From assembly GCA_051294375.1 (NCBI GenBank), contig CM119267.1, positions 2,036,793 to 2,100,792 of the forward strand: a stretch of 64,000 nt of DNA. Direction: 5' to 3'. The translations under genes were made by a program, and so were the position numbers. Below the pieces are notes generated by a model. It made no database searches. It had not been told where the DNA came from and was given only the letters and a program-made list of their open reading frames with translations. Source of the stretch: Paraspadella gotoi. Its lineage: Eukaryota > Animalia > Chaetognatha. Below, piece by piece: positions 31,295 through 44,535 of the stretch. The first letter of the stretch is position 1. Every line of letters starts with the position of its first letter.

Positions 31295-33323
31295 TTCATC
31301 GTCGTCGCCGATCTCACTGACGCTGTCGTCGTCGCTGTCGTCGTCGTCGTCATCGACGTCGCCAGCCTCGTTTTCGTCATCGACAACGGAGATGGAATTT
31401 TTCACTGTGATTCCGAGAATCGATTCGATGTTGTGAATGACTGACGTGAAGTTCGTTTCACCCTTGGCCGAGAAGGAAGGGGCAGTGATGTCAACGTTTT
31501 TAACTCAAGAACAGAAACAAAAAAAAAAAACAAATAAAGAATTTATAAAATGTTTATTACCTGCATTTTTGATGAGGAAATTTCTTTGTGGACGATGAAA
31601 AGATTTTTGGCAAAGGCCGTGAGAGTTTTTTGAAGATCTTTCTCGATGGTGATCATTCCGAAGTGATCACGGTGAAACTGTCACACGAAGACACAAAGAA
31701 AAAAAATTAGTTTCAAAGATTTAGGGGAAAAAGTTTGTATTGAAATATATTGATCTATTGTTATATAAACTGAGTTAGAACATTCTATGGCGGGTTTAAG
31801 ATGATAACAAGACAGTAATAAGAAAGTGTGGCAACAGCCGGGTTGCCTGTGATGCCCATTGGGATGGGGCATCTCACTGTTGGCTTTGGGGGCTTCCGAC
31901 CCTCAGTGACGTCGCCTGTCACTTGCGCGGTTACCCTAGAGCGGTCTCCCTTTTTTCAACATAGTGGGAAGTCGTTAGGACTGAGGAATCCACAGTGTGG
32001 ATGGCACGTAACGCTTGGGATGGTGCGTTCCCCCTCAGAGCCAATGGGATTGGCTGAACAATGGTGGATGTGAGGCGGCGTGAATATACCTCCACAAAAG
32101 TTTGTTTGACGATTCTCGAGACTGCTTGACAGAAAAATGATTGTGCTTGTAGACTCTGACCTGATCTAACATCGTGAAGATAGATCCGCTTTTTTCCCTG
32201 ATGTCGTAACCGATGCCATAGGCTCTGCACATCTGGATCGAGACGAATCGGGAGACGGGAAATGCGGTCAGGTTAGCGATCTCAAAGTATTTAAATTCAT
32301 TTGTAAATATACCTGAAAGAAGACATTGAGATTAATGATGGTCATGTTTGAGTGAAAGAGACGAGTGGACAAAATGGCGCAACGAGAAGCCTTCGTCACA
32401 ACCTGAGGTAAATAAAGGTCAAAGGTCATCAAGAGGAAATGAATACGAAGTCAAAGAACGACGAGGTCGGTCAATTGAGGTCAAAGAGGTAGCGAAGGTC
32501 AAATGAAGCTCATAAAGCAAAGACGTTGTATGAGGGCTAACGCCAAAATGATCAAAGGTCATAGAGGTACAAGTATATAATGGATTCTAAAGAGGGCATT
32601 ATTTTCCCAAAGCAATGCATTTCATCTTAAATTCAGAATCGAATTTTTTAAAAATAGACGTTAAAGTAAAAATAAGGTTAGGGATCTGGTTAGGGATTAG
32701 GAATTATGGTTAGGGATTATTATTTAGGTTAAGATTAACGATTTAAGATTGTAGTTTAGGGATAGGGTTAAATATGTGTAATAAAATAATTTGTGGTTTA
32801 TTATAAATAAGATTATATTCTTGATTCTCATTTAAATATAGTAGCAGTTTAAATCATTTCTCATATCTTTTGATATGGTTTTCATATTATTTTTTTTTTA
32901 TGATTTTAGCAATACTTTTAATAGGTTTGAATAATAATTTAGGTTTAGTCTAGAGATTAGAATTAGGGATTTAAGTTTTACATTTAATTATAGATTAAGA
33001 TTAAATATTAAAAATAATATTAAGTTCGGGGATTAAGGAACAGAAATGAGCCGTTTTTGTGAAAGAGAGCCAATAGGATCATATAAAGAGTGAACGCCCG
33101 GATGTTCGTCTCTTCGACGTGACAGTCGTGACACCTCTCGAACGTCGATGATCTTGGAGGAGTCCGTCCGCTCTTCGCGCGGAATCCGAAACTTCTCTTT
33201 CCGACGCCGAGGAACCGAGAGAACGTGGTCGGTCGTGTTGAGACGTCCGTCTGTCAGGAATTCTAACAATCCGTACATGGCTGGAAGTGAGGGAGGTTTG
33301 GAAAGGGGAGGGAGGGAGAGGGA

Positions 33324-33360
<37 letters not shown>

Positions 33361-33668
33361 ACTTTTAAAAATTTCCTTCAACTTAAATGCTTAAATCTTA
33401 AACTAAAATGTTAAATCTTCTCCAAATCTTAAACTTAAAACTCCAAATATCTCTCTTTCTCTCGAATCATCTTCAACTTCATCATAAAATTCTAATCATC
33501 AACTCATCCTCATTTTCAACCTCCTCTCAGTCTCACCAACGTTATCGCTGTATCGCACATCAAGATCCAAGGCCCACAACTGTTGCTCTCCACTTTTGCC
33601 GTCGATAAAAGTCAGAAAATCGATCGAGAAATAACCGACGATTCCTAATTAGGAAGACATATTGTATT

Positions 33669-33722
<54 letters not shown>

Positions 33723-36700
33723 GCTTTTAGCCTCTCTCGTTTTTTTTCTATTACTCTCCTTTTGGCTTTAACTCAGGTTAACAATCGACCAACATCCAAC
33801 TCGCCTCTCTGCTTGCACGCCTCTGCTATTGCTTGCGATGCTTGGTTAAGGGTCTCGGCCTTGATGCTTGATTGAGGGACGGAGAGTCCCCAGTAGACGA
33901 GGTCCGATTCCGCATGGACTTGATCGCCGGCGCAAACCATCGAGATGTCGCCTGGTGTCAGAAGATGGCGTTGAGAGATCAGGCGTTTTGTTTCTATCAC
34001 ATTGAAAGCTTGCTATGTTATGGTACAACCAACATGAAAATTAACCATTCATTTAATAAATAAACTATTTTGCCCCTGACTTTGGACATCCTTTTTACCA
34101 TCGGATTCTATCCTTTTCTATCCTTTTTACCAATCGGATTCTATCTTTTTCTATCCTTTTTACCATCGGATTCTATCCTTTTCTATCCCTTTTTACCACA
34201 TCGGATTCTATCCTTTTCTATCCTTTTTACCATCTCGGATTCTATCCTTTTCTATCAGGCTTTTTTACCATTCTGGTTTCTATCCTTTTCTGTCTTTTTA
34301 CCATCGGGTTCTATCCTTTTCTATCCTTTTTACCATCAGGTTCTATCCTTTTCTATCTTTTTTACCATTAGGTTCTATCCTTTTCTGTCTTTTTTACCAT
34401 CGGTTCTATCCTTTTCTATCCTTTTTACCATTGGGTTCTATCCTTTTCTGTCCTTTTTACAATCGGGTTCTATCCTTTTCTATCCTTTTTACCATTGAGT
34501 TCTATCCTTTTCTGTCTTTTTTACCATTGGGTTCTATCAGCATGTCGACGGTGAGTGCGACCGAATTGTCCGAAGGGGAGCACGCCTCGATGATCCCGCC
34601 CTGACTCAGGAAAGCCTCGAGGAATTCCTGGAGAATGTGGAGGGGAATCAATTGTTTATAAAACAAAAACAAAAACGAGAAACTTAACTGAAAAAAAAAC
34701 AAAACAAAACAAAACATAACAAATAACATAAAATAACAGAAATCACCCAAAAAAGTTAAAAAGAAAAAACCTCAAAAACAAAAACTAAAGAAAACGAAAC
34801 CCAAAAATACCAAAACAAGAAACAAGAAAAAGAAAACCACAAAAACAAAAATTAAACCAAACAAAATGAACCTAAAAAACACAAAACAAAAAAAAACCAA
34901 AAACTGGACCCTTCAGACCTGCCAGGTTGGGTAAACCCGCCCGTTGACCGGGATCGTCTGCTCCGCTACGATGCCAGGCAACTCCGCCAAGATCTTTCGA
35001 AACGCCGGCTCCTGCGCCCATTTCTTGCTCCATTTGGCGCCGTAGCGCTCCGCCTCCTTGACGCACCAATCGTAGCACTTGAGGTGGGCGGGGACGTCGC
35101 AGTAGGCGTGGCCCCGAGAATCGAATTCGGAATCTAGTTTGAACAACCAACGCTGCACCTCGAGATTTTCTGGTGGAGAAATATATGGTAGAGTTATATT
35201 CGAACTCATGGATAGATATTGTACAATAAGCGCGGAGGCAATAAATACAAGATATGATATATGACCTTCCTTGTGTCCCCTTAATTTTTTTGTATTTGAT
35301 ATAAAATACTATGGGCCTAAGATAAAAAATGATTCGCTGCGCATCAATTTCCCGCGTCCTATCGATTTTTAAATAAAGCAATTTGATGCAAAAAATTGTA
35401 AAAATAGAAAATTTGATATCAAAGAAAGCTTATTTAAGTAAATTTTTTTAGTGAAATTATAGCTAAAACAAAGAATTTAAACCCGTTTTCATCCACAAAA
35501 AATTAAAAAAATATGTTTTTATATAATATTGAAGTGATTCCGAAAAGGATAAGTCATTTTCATAAAAAAAATTGTTAAAAATTTAAGCAAAAATGGAAAA
35601 TAAGTACCAAAGCCACATAACGCAGTCAATACCTTTTTAAGCTTATAAAGCTTTGTTAGTAGCTACATTAAACTTTAATACAGTAATAATAATAAGCTTT
35701 ACTAAAAAATATTAAATTGACCTTACGCATAAGGCCTTGACCGCATTAACGCACTCTCCCCTCCCACCCTTCCGTTAGATCGCTCTGGACGAATCTGTAT
35801 TCCCTTTTTTTATCAAATGAAAAAAAATTATCATGAAAGATTGGTAAGATCGATTAAATAGACTACTCTGTTAAATATTAGTACAATTATTAATAACCAT
35901 AATAATAATAATAATAACTATTAAGCAATTTGCCTCAGCAAAATTAATATTTATGTATCAGATGTTTTGTCACTATTTTCGTAACCTCTATCAAATTTTA
36001 ACATTTTGTTGGCGTCATTTTAGTCTGTATGACAAGGATGTTTTTTTTAAAAAAATAAATAAATATAATCCTAAAATGTATGACACTCATGGCGGCGTGT
36101 GGGCATGGCCATGGTAGAAAAGGGCTCGACGTTGACTACGCTTTGTTTTGGAAGCTTTATCTCTCTGATTCCTCTCTCTGCTCTCTCTGCTCTCTGGGGA
36201 GAACTTCTGTCTCAACGCTTGCGGTCCGGGCATTTTGAAGAGTCGCTCGTCCAAAAAAATGGTTTGAGCAAGAGTGCTCGCTTGACTTTATCTCCGCTGA
36301 AGTATAAAACGAGAATTTTCCCAAAAGTCTATTCTAATTCAAAAGTTTTATATCTCGCTGACAGAAGTACAAATACGTGAGAAAACAATAACGTGACAAA
36401 AATAGTCGCAAAACTCGTAAAAATAACGGTTTTCCGGACGAGAAACGAACTTTGCCGAAGGATGATGGTTCTTAAAGCGACTGAAAGCCGATCTATCAAA
36501 AATTAATAAAAAGTAAACGTTCAAAATGAACAACGTTTATAAACGGGGCCCGAGATTGAATAGAGAGAAAAATTGGACCCTAAAAAATGAACCGAAAAAC
36601 GAGGCGAATTTCTCTTCACTCTCCTCTCTTTCTCAACTTTAAAACTTGCCAATTTTTTGTAATTAAAACTACAATATGCAAATAATAAATAAATTTGTTG

Positions 36701-39700
36701 CGGGGTGAAAAGTTCCGAATTTCATTCTAATGCTTTTACGCAACGAAATGAAGAAAAACCAACAGATTATAAAGACGAAAAAGAAACGTGAAAACTCGGG
36801 AATATCCGATTTTTTTTTATAGTAAGACACAATAAAAAATAGCGTACGTTACTGTTCCGTGCATAAAAAAAATTCACTGTTCAAGGTATTATTATATTTC
36901 TTTTTATTTTTTGAAACGTTATTGTTTCATAATGTTGGATATCTAAAATGATCAATGCAAAATCTTTTTTTGTTTTTAGAATATGACTGAATATAAGGGT
37001 GAAAGAATGATAAATTTTTTAAAAAAGTTACTTATTCATATTTATTCATAGAACTCTAATAGAAAAAAATAAAAAAAAATAATAGTATTAATAGTTAGAG
37101 TTATGTCTTAAATTTATGGAAAAAAAAACCTCATTTAAAAAATTCGATCGGGAAGTGGGTAACTAAGGCTTTTCCAATGGCATCCTCCACACGATTGTTC
37201 TCTCAAATAATTTTTTTTTATTAATGTACAAATTTGAAAGGGAAAAAAAGAAAATTTAGAATGCAGGTTTGCAGAAAGGGTAACAGATAAATCTGGACTT
37301 ATTGACATGATAACCATGACCTTTTATATCTTGTGAATAGGGGCAGTAAATGAAATCTAACATAATTTTTATTGCATTAGTCAGTCAATGAACCCTTTCC
37401 AATGGCTATTACGAGAAAATATTTTTTCTTAATTAAAATGGATGATAAATAATAGAATTAAAATTCCTTGCTATAATTAATAAAAAAATTTATCAATACA
37501 AATTTAACACAATTGATGTTTTGCTTTGTAAATATGTTACCCAGCTAATTTAATTTTTTACTACTTTATTCATGAATAAAACAAGCAGTATGTCAAGCTT
37601 TTAGTTTGCAGTTAAAGATAATGAAAAATGACGATTTTTTTTTTTCACAGACAAGAAAGGTAGATGTCCAAACTGTTGTATATCAACGCCTGAAACATTT
37701 TGTATTTATCATTTTTATATTTAAAAATGGGCATTTTATCAAGCTAGCAACATAAATTTTTGCTTTGTTTTTTACTTTAAACTGAAAAAAATTATAAGCC
37801 AATTTATGGAATAAAAAAAATTAATAATAAATAAAATGTAATTCAGTCTTTCCTTTTTCAAATTACAAAAGAAAGAATAAATTTTATATTGCCTTTCATT
37901 AAAATTTTTAAAGCAAAAAAACTGTTATACTTTAACTGCTGATTTAAACAAAGCTGTGTAAAGATACATGGATTTTAATTTAATAAAACTTTTTAGAAAG
38001 GTGTCCCATGATTAGGGCTTTAATTTGATAACAACATCCACCTTGCTACCCTTTTCTTTCAAAAAGTTATTTAAAAAAAATATTTTTTTTTTAATTACGC
38101 AGTAGCAAATCCTTTGTTAAATAAAAATTTCGGCAAGCGGGAGTAATCTCATTTATATTGGGTACAATACTTAAATTTCAAATAAAGAATTGAAGAAAAT
38201 TTTTTTGTCAATTTAGAAGACATATCACTTTCAGATTGTAAACTCAATTGTATAATAAATTTATTTATTTATTTCCCCCAAAAAGCCTAAAATTAGAAAA
38301 GTGAATTTTTTAAATTGTTGGAAAAAAATTTCGTTCCGCGACCTATGCTCATTGAGAATAATGGTTTTGCATAGGAAAATCAAAAATATCAAAAAAAATT
38401 AAAAAAATCAAGCCTCTAAGAAATCGAAAGGCGCTAGAGGCGATTTTTTTAGAATTGCAAAAATTTTTTCCTGAATCATAAATCCATTATTCTCAAGTTT
38501 CAAAATATTTTTTTTTCCAAATCATTCAATCAATTTTTTTTTATAATTTAAAATGTTTTTTATGATGTGTTTTTGTTTCAAAAGAATTGAAAAAAAGTGA
38601 AAAAATATAGTAATTATATAAGGTTTTTGAAAAATACTTGGGAAATATTAAATAATTTAGACCACAAGGGGAAGTAAAGCAGAGAAAACTTCCCATTCAT
38701 AAGAAAATTGAAAATGAATTTGTCATATTATTATTTAGATTAATTGACTAATTACAAAAATAAATGATTCCATAATAAATTGAGGAAATGATGGGTAAAA
38801 AAATATTCATCTTGGTCTCGGTTAACTATTAGGTTAATCGTTAAAGTTTTTGTTTTAATAATAATTAATATTTTTTTTGGCATTATAAAGCAAATGGTCT
38901 AAAATTTTTGTAAAGCGTTTCGAGCTATAATTGCTTCATCTTTTTTACTATTTTTGATCTAGTTAGCTCTTTTGTTGATGGTGCCCAAGGGTTATGGTCA
39001 GATACAGTAATGTCGCAGTAGTGTATATCGCAACATCATTACCAAAAGTAATGATGCAATATTAATTTGGCTCAGAAACGCGATAATTTTTAAAGGGACT
39101 AAAATCAGCACGAAAGACTGGTTTTTCGCCACGTTATTTTTCATTGAGTCGTAAAGCATTGTTTACGAGTCAGGGCAGTTGAGCCCGTCTGACGTCGAAC
39201 GTTTTTTAACTACGTTTTTATTATAATAAACAAGTTTTTGAAACTTTGATCGTCGCCATTTTTAAAGTGAGTAAGAAAAGTGGCGGCAACTCAAACGTAA
39301 ATGCTATCTTTATTCTTCACATTCAATTGTCTTCGCGTAAAACGTTCGAGAGCAAGAACCGCGTTAATTGCCGCCGTTGTCAGGTCGCAATGGCTACGGT
39401 GGTGTTAAAATGAACATGACTAGCAAAGTGGGCTTAAGTTTGATAATCGCTATTGTTTTTATTTATTCTGACCTTTTTTTTTTTTTTATTAACATAATAA
39501 AGTTTTGGGAAACCTCTTACATATTTAGATATCATTTCCGCTCATCTTAAAATATTTAAATGATGCAAACATCATTCGTAAACTTAGGAATGGATAACCA
39601 CCAAAACCATTGTGGTAGCCCAACTTGCGTGCTTTTGAAAGGGTTCAGCCATCCCCGTGACAACGAGTGCTTAGGCCTTGCGCGCCGCAAGAGGCCTGGC

Positions 39701-42700
39701 TTATGGAAAATGGAGAATGGAGATTAAGCCAAACAACTATGATCTTGAATAACCATTTTAATTTACTTAATTTTATTGTTGATATCAGTTTTAGTTTTTG
39801 ACACTCTTGCTTTAAAAGTGTTTTGTTTCATGCTTTTGTTTTTTTATCATTTTATAATTTTCAAAATAATAAGAGAGTGTTTTAAACATTACAAACAAAT
39901 AAATTTGGTAATATTAAAAATAACTCTCTAACTCTTTCTTATGTCAAACTCAATAAAATGGAAGAAAAAAAATAATATCAGACTTGACTTAAAGGCAACA
40001 ATAGTGTGAGGTAGCCACCGTGGTGAAATGCCTGATGCCTTTTATATCATAAACAAAACCTTTTAATAATTTATTTTTATTTTTGTTTATATTATAAAGT
40101 TTTAAACACATTTGAATAAATACACAGATCCGATAAATTTATTAATTTTTATCGCATAAGTTATTATTTCGCTTTATTTTTGTGGTTCAAAAAAAATGAA
40201 AAAACTTTATATATTAATAGATAAAGTAACTTTTTTACAAAATGAAAAACAGTTATATATCTCCTTATTTTCATATATATTTGATTTAAACTATTTGATT
40301 AACGCATCTTTCCTATTATTTGAATTTTGTGGTATTTTTCCCCAAAAAAATACAATTTTTTAATAAATCATTTAACCATTATTTAATACAAGTTTTTTAT
40401 TATTTATATAGTTGAAGAGTTTTAAATACTTGGATTTTAGCTATATTTTATAAAAATTAATAATACTAACCACTTTTATTTATTTTATAAATTTGCTATT
40501 TTTTTCTGATTTTTTGCATCTTATCGCATTATAAAATCGATAGAACGGGAAAATTGGCCATGGCGAATTTTTAATTTTTTGATCTTAGGGAATAGTTTTA
40601 ACTGTGTTTCAAAAAAATTATTTTTTGTATTTATACTGCCGCGTACAAATGTACATGTAGACCAAATGTAGCTGGTGACTAGAATACAGATATACATTGT
40701 ATAATATGTATAAGTATTATGCATAGGTAGATTAATAGATATATATAAGATAGATACTGGTCGCGGGGCATTGCCGAACTAACTGATAGATAAAAAGATA
40801 GGATACATATATAAGATAACCGACCATAAGTCAGGGCAAGATAGCTTATTTAATTAAATGAAAGGACAATGTACCTAACATTGCTAGTATTACGTACTTA
40901 ATTTCAATAGAAAGGAAGCATACAAGAACCAAAAAAATATGATATAAATATTTAGATGGATAGACTGATTGAAAAATAGTATTTCACCCGTAACAAGCCT
41001 GCGCCCAAGCTCTGCTGTGAAGCTTGTTCTCAACGGCTGTACACGTCGAACTCGCCAGGAGGCCCGTGGTCACCTTTGGCCGCAGCGAAAGATCCTCTAC
41101 ATCCGCGATTAGTTGAAGTAAGAGCCTGAGCACTTCGGGTCTGACCCTGAATCGGGAACCGAGGGGACGAAATAGTAACAATATTGATAATTGCTCTGTC
41201 ACAAACACCGAAGAAAAAGAAATCTCAATACAAAGAAGAAAGGGAAAAAAAGCCTCTCGGTTCTCTCTCTGCTCTCTCTCATCTCTTCTCATCTCGTTCT
41301 CTCTTTCTCCGCTCTGCTCTTCAGTCTCTGCTCTCTGCGCTCTCTCTGCCTCTCTCTCTATAAATGTGTTTTATTGACATTATGAGCAGAATAAACCAAA
41401 TCAAATCAAATCAAATCAAATCTCACTCGTATCGCGCTTTTGCACAGATGACTCTACTATAAAGCATCAAATTATAATAATTACAATATAATATTATAAT
41501 ATTATAATAATTACCTAAAATAGGGATTCCGAGTTCAGCGGCGACAGCCATATCGTCTGCAAAACGAAGGAAAGAAAATTAAACATTATTTAATCCGAGC
41601 GGCGTTCATGAAGAATAAATACTGCGATACATATATTAATCATGCTCGATACTGCGATACTCTCGGACGATACCTCGATGCATGACGCCAGGAACGATGT
41701 AGGCAACTCGGCCTTTGATCAAATTTTTGATGCGACGAAGCGAACGAGGACTGAGAAAGATAAAAAAAACATTATTAAATAATTAACATTATTAAATAAA
41801 AGAATACAGGGAGATAAGATAAAGAAAAATAAAAATGTGGGCTCACTATTCCCAGAGCGCCCCATTTTCGTTCCTTAACCGTACTTTGTAATTCTTAATT
41901 TTTAAGCTTAACCCTAATATCAACCTATAGACAAACCTTGTCGGGCTTGTACTGTTATTGCTCATCGTCTTCGCGAATCATCAGAAAGCTGACCAATCAT
42001 CAACCTTTGACCGACCAACAACCGACAAAGAGACAAAACTTTTGTCAAAAGGGTCAATGGCTGAGATTGCTGAGGGATCTCGGGGCGATTCACGTTAATA
42101 TCTAAACTCAAGAAAGAACCCTTTTTTAAATAAATATTGAACCGTTTAATATTATTATCACCTTTGTCGTAACCTTTGTCATTGTTACCTTTATCATCAC
42201 CTTAATCATTGTCCGTTATTAATAAACGTATCAACTAAATACTTTGCTCCTTATTATTTAGCCTTATTATTTGACTAAACATTAACGCTAACTTCAATCT
42301 CTAATTCCTAACCCTAATCCTAATCACTAATCCCTAATCCATAATCCTAATCCCTAATCTTAATCCCTAATCCTACTCACTAACCTAATTCTTAAATTTA
42401 ATCTTTAATTTAGGTCATGATAGGAAAATAAGGCTTTTACCTAATTCTGAATTTAAAATGAAATAGGGCCTTCTAGAAAAATAAGGCCTTAACCTAATTC
42501 CGAATTTAGGATGATATGGGTCATTCTGGGAAAATAAGACCAAAAAGGCTGACCTGTAGTAGAGGAGCGTGGAGAGGCTCATGGGGTGAGCCATGAAATT
42601 CTTGGAGGCGTGAGGGAAGACGATCTTGAAGCGATCGTTGAGTGCTTCGAAGGCGTCGGCCTTCCCCGTCGCCACTGCCGCCTTCAAACCAAGCAGCTTG

Positions 42701-44466
42701 TCGTAGTAAGCACGGAGGTCGTCGGAGAGATTGATCGGGCTGACGAGAATGACGTCGACATTCGGGTCCCGGATGTCGCAGAGACGAGCCATTTGGGTGT
42801 TCTGTCGCGGCGAGAAAATTAGGGTCAGAATCGTTGTCATCGTAGTCGTCGTAAATAGCTATATTACTATATCATTTCATTGATAGGGAAGCCAAGCACT
42901 CTGGGAATTAATATACGTAAAAAAAACTGTGTAAGAGGGATGCTGGCCTCAAACCAACATTGCCTGTCCAAAGTCCAAAGCAAGACACATGTTTGATTGT
43001 TTATTAAATGAATTGAAGAGACGGTAATAATTGTTATAAGTTAGTGACAGAAACGTTCAATATAAGCACTCCCTAACCTTGGGATCAAGCTGTAACACCT
43101 TGTTACAGGCGGGTTAAGCGCCCCGTCCCTCTTAACTGCTAGGCGACCAACGGACCTTTGGTTTGGGAGTAGAATGACTTGCCTCCTGCACCAAGGGCCG
43201 CTGATGGCCACCATAGAATGAAAAAAAATTTTATTTGTTGTACAAATTTCATAAGTTAAGTTATGACTCATAACATAATAAAAATGGAGGAAATCCGATT
43301 CTCGATTAAACTTCACCTGCCGGACTTTGTACAGATCGATGGTCGATCGGATTCCCTGACTGAATCCCAATGAAGGCAGATGAACGATGACCCTCCGCGA
43401 CTTTTTGATCGACGACCAATTCCGCGCCAACTCCTTCGCCCTCGTCTTGAAGTGCTCGGCGTGATCCACTCGCGTCTGCTTCAGTTGCTGACGAACGCGC
43501 GACAATTTGACGCTCATGATCCACGAGATGGCGATCACGCCGGCCGCCCATTTTTGGCGCCGATATTCGAGGTATTCCTGGGTAAGGAAAAGGGGGGCGT
43601 GTTTGAGGGAAGGGGTTGTTGGTCGACAAGTCGTGCAATAGAGTGATGAAAGATACAGCTGTCTAACAATATTTTTTACTAACTAAATACGCAATTTCGG
43701 ACGGCTGATGGGTTCGAATCCCACCGCTGCCACCACATCGAAGGAAAAACTCATGGATTTCTATAGGTCGAAATCAACGGGATTTATTCTGAGAATAATA
43801 CAATGACGGTGAGACACACACAGGAGTCAGATCAATTCTACTGAAACTAAAGAAAGCTAGGTCTATTTATATCTGGAGAGAGGATCAGAGGCATGGGCTA
43901 TTTTTTACAATTTCATGGTTTCTGCAAGCTGATTGGTCGAGGCCGATTCCGTCTTGACCAATCATGATTCGGCGATTCCATATCGCGGAGATTTCCCGAT
44001 CCTCCGGATCCGTTTTACTTTGAGTAGGATTTGTTATTCTGCGATGATAAATTGATAAAACTTCAGATTTTCAATTTTTAAAACATCGATTCAAATTCGC
44101 CTGAAGATTTTTTTAAAAATCAGCAGTTAAATACTTAATAATTTACATACATACTTTTGAATATTCTTGCGATTCCAGCTGCCACCCCCCCCCCGGACAC
44201 AGGCCACACCTGGCGTTGATGATACATCCTCCATTGCGACTGAATGACGACCGCGGCGAGGCGATTCCCGTCCGGACCCTGGAAGGCGCGACCAGGGCGT
44301 TGAAGGAGACTGTGGACATCCTCGCGGTTGATGAGGACCGAGAGGAGTTGGTCGCGCGTGGGCGAAGCGTGGGCCTCGTGGGCAAAGGCCATCTGGCGGG
44401 TGTTGGGGTGGGATGGGATGGGAAAAAAAATGAAGAAAGAAAGGAAATCGTTATGGAAAAAAGAAA

Positions 44467-44535
<69 letters not shown>

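Noticed and set aside
43690-43735. Functional tRNA-Leu gene
   Set aside because: Only the 3' 27 nt are present, with encoded CCA and no D-arm or anticodon arm.
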